A stretch of 64,000 nt of DNA from Eledone cirrhosa (Eukaryota). The stretch is taken from contig OZ024753.1 in NCBI GenBank assembly GCA_964016885.1, positions 17,980,001 to 18,044,000 on the forward strand, given 5' to 3'. The translations under genes were made by a program, and so were the position numbers. This document shows positions 1 to 10,977 of this stretch, piece by piece (position 1 is the stretch's first letter; every line of letters starts with the position of its first letter). The notes beneath the pieces are model-generated. The model saw only the letters and a list, made by a program, of their open reading frames with translations. It did no database searches and was not told the origin of the DNA.

Positions 1-2320
1 CCATTTCTGAGTGAGACTGGCTACCCTTCCCGTTACCTCCTCCCAATTCTTAACCACCTGGAGGTCTGGCCCGAACCAAACCCCTAGCAACTTTACCGGT
101 CCATCTGTCCACCGCCTAACAACGCTGATGGACGGCATGGACTTGCCTTTCCAGGTGCCGAGTTGCAAGCCCACCGATTTTTCCGGGTTAGGTTTTACTC
201 CCGTCAAACTTTCATATTCCTCCAATAAGTTGCCGACCACCTCGATTTCTGAGGTGTCCGACACCATCACGGTGATGTCGTCAGCAGAAGCCGACACAGC
301 CTTTCCGTGTCCCGGTTTGAGCGGGATTCCCTGCAACAGCTCCAGCTTCCGCAGTAAAGGCTTGAGAGTCAATACGTACAGAAGGGAGGAGAGAGGGCAC
401 TTTGACGGACCGATCGGGAGACCTGAAACGGTTCCGAGAGGTGGCCATTAACTTTGACCACCGAGCAGATGCCGCTGAGCATTGCAGCGATCCAGCTTCT
501 GAAGACGGGGCCGAAGCCAGCCGCCTTGAGGACAGCCTCCAGATACCGATGGTCGACCCTATCGAATGCTTTCGATCGATCTAAATTGATCAGAGCCCCA
601 CCGGAGCCAGGTTTACACCCTACCCTCTCTATGATGTATCGCATTAGGTGGAGGTTGTCGTGTATGGACCTGGTTGGGATTGCGCAAGTTTGCACCTCCC
701 CAACCAAATCCCCGACGACAAGCGCCAACCTCTTCGCTAACACCCTGGCCAAAATCTTAAACTCTGTGTTGAGCAGAGTTATGGGCCTGAAATTGTCTAA
801 TGTGTCCCTCTTGTTCTCGTTTTTCCATATCAGCGTCACTACGCCCAGGCTCACAGAACTGGGAATACTCCCGTTTTGCTGTCAGTTGAAGTAGAGGCCT
901 TCGAGTAGATTGGAGAACAAGTCAGGCATATTTACGTAAAGTTCGTAGGGCAGACCATCCAGACTTGCGCCTCATGCAGCCGACAAGAGCATCCTGAATC
1001 TCGGCTGAAGTAATTGGCCTTTCGCAGCGCCCAGCGTCAGCCGTCGAGAGTTGCGGCAAGCCATCGAGGTAGGGACTGAAGTCCGCCACCATCTCTGACC
1101 CGCCACTTCCCCCGAACAACCGCGCAAAATGTTGGCGAAAGCCCTCACACATCCGCTTGGAATCGCTCAGCTCGTGTCCGTCTCGGTCCGTCAAAGACCG
1201 AATCATGGTTTTATTACCACGCTGCGCCTCTGCCACGCGGGCCCATCGAACAGCTTTGGTTCCCTCGTTTCTCAGAGCACGCGCCTTAACTCTGACAATG
1301 CAGCCTTCGTGTTCGCATTGAAGAAATGGTCTAATGCCATTCTCGCCGCTAGCACGTCAGTTGCAATGCCACTACCAATAGCCACGTCTAACTTATCTAC
1401 CAACTCCCCCTCCTTTCTATTTTTCTCTAACGCTACTTCTTTGATAAACTCTATCGACATTACTCTAATCTCTCTTTTGAGAGCCCCCACCATCTATTGT
1501 TGACGACTCCCCCTATCAACATTTTCTTAACTAAATTGTTGACCTGTAAGCCTTACGTGCCGGAAATGACATGTTTAGCTTCCAGTAACCAGGTCTTAAC
1601 CTACGCGTCTTATCTAGGTCGACCATACAGATCACAAGCTTGTGATCCGAATAGGCGACCGTTTCAAAACGTGGACAGCTTACACTATTTCTGTCTATTT
1701 TCCTCATGAATATCCTGTCTATATATGATCTAGATGACCCTATGCGGTTAGCCCAGGTCCACACTGGCGCATTAGGGAAATCTAGTCGGTACCTGTCAGA
1801 CAGTTGGAACTGGCTGATAAGTTCTTGAGGCTTTTGCACCCCCCGCTCCTATCGGATACTCTCACACAGTCCCAGCGTGCGTCTAAGATGCCGTTCCAGT
1901 CCCCTGCTAACAGTAAAGGGCGAGACGTACCTAGAAAGGCTTCCATGCGTCTAAAGAAGTCCGGCCGTCCTGCCCCAGTCGGAGCATAGACGGCCACCAG
2001 TTTAAATGCACCACTTTCGTTATTGTTCACGTCCAGGACCACCAACTTCCCGTCCGGGTACGGAAGATCGACCTTACCTCGAGATCCAGGCCTTTCCTAA
2101 ACAACACTGCCACCCCGCCTCCCATTCCCGGCCGGCTAACAGGTGCAAAGATCAGATAGTCGTCGAAAATGGGGGCTAGTGCGTGCGTGTCGGAAATCCT
2201 GGTCTCGCTGACGGCAATTACATCCATTTCTATAGACCTGAGGTCATTGAGCAGGTGGCCCTGGTTCCAGGACGATCCCAGGCCTCGAACATTTAAACAT
2301 CCTACTCGTAATACGGCCAT
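1..2320 (-). pseudogene. ORF2 remnant: APE endonuclease plus reverse transcriptase
   Basis: MAVLRVGCLNVRGL..VSET (2027-2320), VYAP..LAGDWN (1782-2045), SYIDRIF..SDH..PGYWKLN (1531-1839), NFRPITLLNTEFKILARVLA..KAFDRVDH (369-854), catalytic motif decayed to SADD near 280; several frameshifts. Confidence 0.93.
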
Positions 2321-2352
2321 GTTGGCAGGTTAAAAAGAGAGAGAGGAAAGGT

Positions 2353-4316
2353 TTACTTACCTTCCGGGCTCTTGTGAAGGTCGGGTTGTTCGACCTCCAT
2401 AGCGGGTGAGGTTTCTTTTGGGAACCCCTTTAAAAGTCTTGAAGTGGGTTTTACGTTCGGGGTTCCCACGTCCCGAGTAAAGCTGTCTCGTATTTCTTTG
2501 TATAAATCGAGCGACATTCGCACCAGAACCATATCTTCCGGCACGCGAAACGTGCTCGATTTAAAAATTTCCCCCTCTTTTTGTATATTTTCACTTCGTG
2601 CTACGAGGGCCATCAGTTCCTTGTTGGCCCTCCTGAGGAGCACGAAATTTTGTATGTTTTCTTGGTGTGATTTTATTTGTTTGCGTGGCTGTGGTGGTGA
2701 TCGTTTTGGTGGTGTTGTTTCGGTTGTGTCTGTATTTGTTGTGAGTGCGGTGTCTGTGGTTTCAGATGTTTGTGTGTATATTTGTTCTTGCGTCTGTTTA
2801 GGCTGTTTGCGTTTGGGGGATTCTGGTGATGGTCATGGTGGTGTTGATGTTGGTGTTATTGGAGAGATGTTTGCGTGGGTGGTGTCTGCGTTTTTTTGTG
2901 GGTGATTTTGTGCTTTGTTGAGTTTTTTTTTCTTTTTGTGTTTCCTTTTTTGTATTTTGGGGGATTTGGGTTTTCCCTCATCTTCACTACTGGTATATGA
3001 GGTGTCTGTGTCTTTAAGTGTGTCTGTATGCATGATTATGGTTGTATTGGTGTGTGTATTTTTTGGGGAAGGGGGAATTTGACAGCTTTCCTCGTTTCCC
3101 CCCTGGGTGGTCAATGTTGGTGGTGGTCTTTCTATTGGTGTTGTTGTTGGTGGTTTTGGCGGTGCTGGTGTTGGTTGTGGTCCTCGCCCCGGCGTCGGCA
3201 GCAGTGGAGTCTTTCGACCCCTTGCATCTTTAAGCAGTTGAGGGCAGAAGGCTCGCAAATGGGTTTTTTCCCCACAAACAAAACACTGCGGCCTTTTTCC
3301 TGCTGTCATAATGTGAATGACCGTCCCATTCTGAAGGCGGATGTAGTCCGGGATTGTCTTCACATTCTCGGGCCTGATCTGGAGAAGGTTCTCCAGGTCA
3401 ACCCGGACCAGTCCTCTCTGGACGTTCTGGTCACTTCTATAGGGACGGTGTCCGTCCCATCCACAATCACACATCCCAGAAGCCACCACATGTCAAGTCC
3501 TGGTGGGATTCTGTGAATACAGAGACGGGCCTTTCTTTTTGCCATGTGGGATGGTTACATTATGACCTTGCTTGTTTTGCAAGGAGTCATAGCGAGGACT
3601 TCTGACTTGAACATCACCGAAATGGTGCCGTACTATTGCCCCTCTCTATATATTCGGTGTCTTCTCTGATGCACCTCAGCCCGACTTCGACATCTGCTTG
3701 CGGGATTAAAGCTGCCCTTTTGGTATGTACTGAGATGCATCTATAATGCCCGTTCTGCGCTCCACTGCCTCAATAGCTTCTACCGACACAGTTAAGTTGG
3801 CCTAGGTTTGCTCTTGCTTGATGAGCTTCCATGCCTGGGCCAACATTTCATCTTTGTTTGAGAGGTCCATTTGAAGCATGGCCTCTTTTTTGCTGCTGCC
3901 GCAGCGAAAGTGTTCTTGTTTTCGTTGGGGGTGTTATTGTCGTTGTCGTTGTTCTTGTTGGTGTTGTTGTTATCACTGTCGCTGTTATCATTGTTGTCTT
4001 TGTTGCCACCGTTGTTCTCGGTGCAGTTTGTATTGTTGCTGTTGGTGTTGTCTCTATTTGTTTTCATGTTAGTGGTGTTGATATTGTTTTTGCATTTGTC
4101 ATTTTTTTTGTTGTTATCTGTATTTTCGTTGTCGCTGTTACTGTCATTTTTAAAAAAATTAGAGTTCTCATTGGTATCATTGGTGTCTTTGTTTACATTA
4201 TTTGTGGTGGTGTTTGTGTTATCAATTTGTGTTAATTTCGCTGTAGCGCTCCTCTCAACTTCTACGTTGTTGTGGAACGACAGCAGACATATCGCTGGAG
4301 GGCGTGGCTCAGCCAT
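2353..4316 (-). pseudogene. ORF1 remnant (gag-like nucleic-acid-binding protein)
   Basis: Zinc knuckle CFVCGEKTHLRAFC (ORF 2833-3489), Asn-rich N-terminal tract, Pro-rich and Lys-rich tail; ends ~30 nt before the ORF2 ATG. Confidence 0.85.
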
Positions 4317-4521
4317 GTCTTTTTTTCTCTGTAAATTTTTTAAAATGTGAAAAAAGTTCAAATATTTGGGCCAAAAGGCCCAAATATTATACTTTGCCCT
4401 TTACAGGGCAAAGTCTAATGGCTTATATCCCTTACAGAACAAGAAATATTTAACAACAAATAAGTTTAACATGCAAATAAAGCGACTTACTGGGAGCGAG
4501 CAAAATACGCCCGATTAGACC

Positions 4522-4565
<44 letters not shown>

Positions 4566-5444
4566 TAAAATACTAAAATCCAAAGAGAGCTCCATAAGGA
4601 AAAATATATATCAAATATATAAGAACCGCAGAGTAAATATATATATATATATATATATATTATATTATATTTTGAGAATAAACTCTCAGTGGTTTACAAT
4701 AATTAAGCTCCAGGAAGGGGCTCTTCCGAGCAGTTAATACATTTAAAGTATATGATAAACACGAAATGTGTTTACATTGCAACAGACAAAGTTAGCTATT
4801 AATGAAATAAACTAATAAAAGTGAATACAATTTGTCTGTCTCGATACAAGTCAATAAAGACTTGTATCGAGACAGACAAATTGTATTCACTTTTATTAGT
4901 TTATTTCATTAATAGCTAACTTTGTCTGTTGCAATGTAAACACATTTTCGATTCTCTTTATTTTTCAATTCACATTCCACCGTTGCGAAACTTATTTGAG
5001 TTTCGAGGTTCAAATTCGTCTACAGAACAGGTTTGAATTTTGAAATTTAAATATGTCCAGGAATCATGGCAGTTGCCAATATAAGCTTGTCTTTATTGAC
5101 TTGTATCGAGACAGACAAATTGTATTCACTTTTATTAGTTTATTTCATTAATAGCTAACTTTGTCTATTGCAATGTAAACACATTTCGTGTTTATCATAT
5201 ACTTTAAATGTATTAACTGCTCGGAAGAGCCCCTTCCTGGAGCTTAATTATTGTAAACGACTGAGAGTTTATTCTCAAAATATAATATAATGTATAGCTC
5301 CTTTATTGTAAGAGCTGATCCTTAATCCTGCATAAGCGGCTGTTATTTCTAGCACCGTGAATGTGGGATAGCTAGTTTTGGCCTGCCTACCCACGTGTAG
5401 TCAGACCTGCAAAATGTTTGATGTGAGATAGACTAATCTTACTG

Positions 5445-5621
5445 GATTCCTGTTGATAAGCACAGCAGATTTGGAAATTTCACTCTTTTATTTCTATTCC
5501 ATTTCGATTCTCTTTATTTTTCAATTCACATTCCACCGTTGCGAAACTTATTTGAGTTTCGAGGTTCAAATTCGTCTACAGAACAGGTTTGAATTTTGAA
5601 ATTTAAATATGTCCAGGAATC
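5445..5621 (+). ncRNA. Large type I hammerhead ribozyme (U3-A8 core)
   Basis: Stem I GAUUCCUG/CAGGAAUC; core UUGAUAA; stem II GCA/UGC with ~80-nt insert; GAAA; ~26-bp stem III rich in G-U pairs; GUC site ending 5613. Confidence 0.75.
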
Positions 5622-6000
5622 ATGGCAGTTGCCAATATAAGCTTGTCTTTATTGACTTGTATCGAGACAGACAAATTGTATTCACTTTTATTAGTTTATT
5701 TCATTAATAGCTAACTTTGTCTGTTGCAATGTAAACACATTTCGTGTTTATCATATACTTTAAATGTATTAACTGCTCGGAAGAGCCCCTTCCTGGAGCT
5801 TAATTATTGTAAACGACTGAGAGTTTATTCTCAAAATATAATATAATGTATAGCTCCTTTATTGTAAGAGCTGATCCTTAATCCTGCATAAGCGGCTGTT
5901 ATTTCTAGCACCGTGAATGTGGGATAGCTAGTTTTGGCCTGCCTACCCACGTGTAGTCAGACCTGCAAAATATTTGATGTGAGATAGATTAATCTTACTG

Positions 6001-6177
6001 GATTCCTGTTGATAAGCACAGCAGATTTGGACATTTCACTCTTTTATTTCTATTCCATTTCGATTCTCTTTATTTTTCAATTCACATTCCACCGTTGCGA
6101 TACTTATTTGAGTTTCGAGGTTCAAATTCGTCTACAGAACAGGTTTGAATTTTGAAATTTAAATATGTCCAGGAATC
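6001..6177 (+). ncRNA. Second copy of the large HHR, core mutated GAAA to GAUA
   Basis: Same fold 556 nt downstream; TGCGATAC instead of TGCGAAAC. Confidence 0.6.
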
Positions 6178-6647
6178 ATGGCAGTTGCCAATATAAGCTT
6201 GTCTTTATTGACTTGTATCGAGACAGACAAATTGTATTCACTTTTATTAGTTTATTTCATTAATAGCTAACTTTGTCTGTTGCAATGTAAACACATTTCG
6301 TGTTTATCATATACTTTAAATGTATATATATATATACATATATATAGTAATAATAATAAAATTGAAGACTAACATCCAAAATATATATATTTAATTGTTG
6401 TTCGAGTAGGCGCCTGTGTTGATATAACATTGATTTATGTATTCTGTTGTCACTAAAGGGAATCTCCTTAAACAGAGATATGTGTGAAATATTTGACTGT
6501 AACATTCGCTTCCTTTCTCTTAATCTTCAATGTTATGAAGGGTAATGTAGGGAATTATGAATATATAATTATACCAGAGATATATCTGTATTAATCCCAC
6601 AGTTGTCGCAAACAACCTGGATCCCAAAGAGAGAGAGAGAGGCTGGG

Positions 6648-6742
<95 letters not shown>

Positions 6743-6888
6743 CGGAGAGAGAGAGATGAGGCCGAGAGAGGCTGGGAGAGAGAGAGAGATAGATAGAGAG
6801 AGAGAGAGAAAGAGAGAAAGATATATGAGGGAGAGAGAGATTGTAAACTTGTATTCAGAATTTCATGAAATATAAATGATATTTAAAG

Positions 6889-7140
6889 GTGCCATACCGC
6901 CATAGGTAGCTGTTGTTCCCATTAATTATGGACAGCTTTTAGAAGCTCAGAAATCTCATAGCTTGAAATGTTACTGAAAATAGAGAAATAATATTTTAAT
7001 ATTTGATGAGATTTCATATGTCCACCTGGATTTGATATATGTAATGCATTCTTTGTGTAAATAATACTCATATACTTGGATAATACAAAATGTATTCACT
7101 TTGTTATATAACTTTGAAACAATGGAATACTCTCACTTTG
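6889..7140 (+). pseudogene. Decayed Ig-domain-like exon
   Basis: After AG acceptor reads AIPP*VAVVPINYGQLLEAQKSHSLKCY*, then YSYTW and NTLTL in nearby frames; resembles Ig A/B/C/E strands. Confidence 0.35.
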
Positions 7141-9006
7141 ATTCGCCGAAGTTAGATCCCAGATATATTTTAGGCTCTTAGTAAAGACAAATATTCTCTT
7201 TTCCGACGTAATACTAAAATACGTCTAAAACATAGCATCTCATAAGAAGCTTACCATTGCATTAAACTATATGAACTAGATACTAGAAATAAAATCCTGT
7301 TACACAGCTTTTCCATGGTAGTTGTTTTATTAACTTTCATTTAGATAATATCATATGAAACAATACATAGTTAGTAAAAACGTTAGATCCTTTTGTGTAT
7401 GTTTACGTTGTAAAATAGATTTGTTTGGTTAAAAATAACTGCTTCAAGGCCCAATAGTATTTTCTTACTTCATAACACTGTAAGGATCATGTAAATATAG
7501 TGCTATATATTATTTTTGGTGTCTCTCTGCTCCATTGCTCAGACCTCCAAATATGTTATCTAGTTAAATGCTTAAATTACAACAACAATAGACGTTCAGT
7601 CGTCTGCTTCCTCCATGTCCTTTGTAATGCTTCTTTACAACACTTTCATGTACTACTATGATTACATCCTTCCTTGTAATTGTTTTCCTCAGAATCATAT
7701 TCATATTAACCCATTAAAATCCGTATACTCTTGTGCGTAATTAAAGACGACCCGGAAACACAGCCCCTTATGATAATGGTTTGGACTTAACATTTAAAAG
7801 CTTTTGAAGATCACACAGCGTAGCACGTTATAGAGTTTGTTTCGTAGACAACAGTCACTTTATGCTTGCCTGTGGCAGTATTTAGTTTCTAAGTAAAATA
7901 TTATGTATTATATGAAGTTATGACAGGTTCTTTGTGAATAAAGAGAAAACGGACAAAAGGAAATCATTAAAAGTTTAGTCGAAAACGATTCTTGCATAAA
8001 TGATAAATTCTTAAAGTTCATAACAACGAATTAAATATATCTATAAATATTTAACACTTAGTTATATAATTGTCAACGTAAATGTAGTTCTATGCATAGC
8101 TTCGTCCGCAAGAAATAACGTACGAAGTAAATAAAAAAGAACACTATATGATACGAAAGAATATATCTTTGCAACAAGTTATTCAATTAACTATGCTATA
8201 GAAATCGTCAAATGTATGGCATTGAAGAAGCTTGCTTGCAGGTGAGATATATTGTACAAATTAGTGGCTAAAAAGAAAATAATTTCACTTCACAAGATAT
8301 CAATATTTACATCTGAACGTCATTAATATACTTAAAGAATATGTTTAATAACAGTTGCTAATTCATTCATTGGGCACTCTAATTAAATTCAGTTACTTTC
8401 TTACGTACATACAAAGTAGGAGAATACAAACACATAAACACACAATCATGATACATTTATTGTACAACGGCCATTTTGTCCAACGGCCATTCTGTCCAAC
8501 ACGAAAGTGCAATGAAATATTCTGATAATAGCTTCAACAATTCTATACATGAAAAATGCTAAACGTTGCTTTTCTTTATTAAGATGGCGAATTGTGCTAC
8601 GGCATTTTACATTGATAGATCACCAGAATTAAATGAGTGGATATTTAAAACGTGAAAAAGAATTAAGATATGGAAGTTTTATGATAGTCAGATTAGAAAA
8701 AGTAAAACAACTAAAAAATAACAGAAAAAAACAAGAAAACAAAAATAAAAGCGACACAATGCAGGTAATACTTTTATGTCAATGATGAAATATATAGGAA
8801 GAATATAGGACGGAATCTATTACATAACATCAGATGATCGATATCATGAACAATACTCAATCATTTTGGACTGGTATCATTTATGTTATATCAACTGGTA
8901 TTTCTATTATTCACATAGAACTGGCTCAAATAAATACATATTAACATTTTACTGATAACATAATAGGAACAAGACTAAGGATTAGAAATTTAGATTTAAG
9001 CATATA

Positions 9007-9037
<31 letters not shown>

Positions 9038-9171
9038 GAAAAAATATTGTTTCTTACTAAAACAATATATAAAACTAGGCGGAGAAGCAGCTCAAAATAC
9101 AGTAATTTATTAGAATAAATTATATATATATACATATATATATACCCCCCCCCCCACATATATATATATAT

Positions 9172-9412
9172 AGTAATAATAATAAATTTGAAGACTAAAA
9201 TCCAAAGAGGGCTCGATAAGGATAAATATATATCAAATATATAAGAACCGTAGAGCAAAGTATCGTCTTTCTGTCTTCTTCCGGTTGCAACGTTTTTTGA
9301 AATATCCACTTCTGCGTTTACAGATTGACTTTGTTAGTTTCAGAAGATCCCGTTAAGGGTGAAAGCAGCGATTCTTTGCTTAAACTTTAATCTGTTATTT
9401 TAATAAATATAT
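9172..9412. mobile_element. PLE pLTR-derived non-autonomous fragment (inverted terminus plus HHR)
   Basis: 9172-9260 is homologous to 4560-4637 and to the reverse complement of 39320-39410; 9341-9397 matches 39253-39308. Confidence 0.65.
9337..9385 (+). ncRNA. Variant HHR (CAGAAGA core)
   Basis: GUUU-CAGAAGA-U CCC GUUAA GGG U-GAAA-GCA..UGC-UU-AAAC. Confidence 0.55.
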
Positions 9413-10423
9413 ATATATATCTAAGGAGTTGACGGACCCACCATATTTATCAATGCCAGGACCAGTTGTATCTCAGCGTACTCAATAGGCAATGTAAGAT
9501 ACATTCCCAGAGTATACACATAGTTAATCGCTTCAACACAACACACGTGAAACGGGTGCCTATAATAGTTCCCGGACTCGAGTTTCGGCCACACTAATGC
9601 AGCAGTAAGGTGCACTGCACCATCCGTCTGCATATATTATGCAACAATGCACAACCAGCTTATGCGGCTTCATCAGCGGATATCGCCTAATCAATAACCA
9701 ATCGATCGACAGAATACAAACACCAGCCCATGCCGGTCATGACTGTTTGTGACGACTGACACGGTAAAGCCATTTGCAACTGGCCCCCGATACGATTCTA
9801 CCTCTCGACTAGCCACCGATTTACAAATTTTACGTGGCGGCGGTAGACTAAAAAATCAATCTTTTCGTTCCCGTAAAAAGCACTCAGCCAACGTGCCTCA
9901 CACACCACACACATTATTAAGAGGTGAAAAGATGGCTATTAGAAATATATATATATATATATATAAAATTACAAGAAACGAAGCAGGCTGTATGGTTACT
10001 GTAAAAAAAGTGTAAGATAGTGATATGGATGTCAACAAGAGAAAAAATTCTTCATCAGCTGTTAACTGCGGATCATAGATGTTTTGGCGCTGAAAACAGG
10101 ACATCGAAAACGACCAGCAGCGCGCCCAGGCTTTTTATCAATCAAAAGACCATGAGGGAAAGAAAAGAAAAGATAAGATAATGAAGAGACAGGAAGAAAG
10201 AGAAAAACGGAAAGAAGAAAAGACGAATATATATATATAGGAAAGGAGTCAGGCCCCGGCGGCTGAGCTCCGGCCGTTTCGAACAGTTAGGATCTAATCG
10301 TCGAAACGGCCGGATCTTAGCCGTCGTGGTCCTGACTATTTTCATATTACCCACTCTACTACCCTAAGTATTGAGTACTCTGGTGCGTTATGGTCCACGT
10401 GGTATCCTACCACACCCTCTCTG

Positions 10424-10842
10424 CTATATATATATATGTATATATATGTATATATATGTATGTATATATATGTATATATATATATGTATATATGTATATA
10501 TGTATATATATATGTATATATATATATGTATATATGTATATATGTATATATGTATGTATATATATATATATATGTATATATGTGTATATATATATGTATA
10601 TATGTGTATATATATATGTATATATGTATATAGATATATATGTGTATATATATATGTATATATGTGTATATATATATGTATATATGTATATAGATATATA
10701 TATGTATATATATATGTATATATGTATATAGATATATATATGTATGCATATATGTATATATGCATATATGTATATATATATGTATATATGTATATATGCA
10801 TATATACATATATGTATATATATATGTATATATGTATATATG
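10424..10842. repeat. Compound (TA)n/(TATG) microsatellite
   Basis: Direct inspection. Confidence 0.95.
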
Positions 10843-10977
10843 TAATATTAAGGATACTATTTATAGTTATGTATATTTTAAACTATAAACAGGGAAGGTC
10901 AGTAATTTATTACTACCTTATTACCAGTAAGAGAAATAGCTCAATGTAATAACATCAGTTGTTCTACAGAGCAGTTT

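Larger units (their letters stand above)
1..4522 (-). mobile_element. L1/Tx1-clade non-LTR retrotransposon, 5' end present, frameshifted, runs off the window start
   Basis: Two-ORF layout on - strand: ORF1 with CCHC knuckle, then APE endonuclease and RT; GC-richer than flanks; 5' end abuts (AAT)n. Confidence 0.93.
4659..6325 (+). repeat. 556-bp tandem array (~2.5 units) with an inverted partial copy at the left end; retrozyme or PLE pLTR-like
   Basis: TTCGATTCTCTTTATTTTTC recurs at ~4948, 5504 and 6060; 4659-4860 is the reverse complement of ~5091-5290. Confidence 0.95.

Noticed and set aside
3831-4350. Hydrophobic or Cys-rich + strand ORFs
   Set aside because: Antisense readings of the Asn-rich (AAC) tract of LINE ORF1
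9660-10070. CTGATGA motifs on - strand at ~9670 and ~10052
   Set aside because: Stem II-like hairpins present but no GAAA, stem III or stem I
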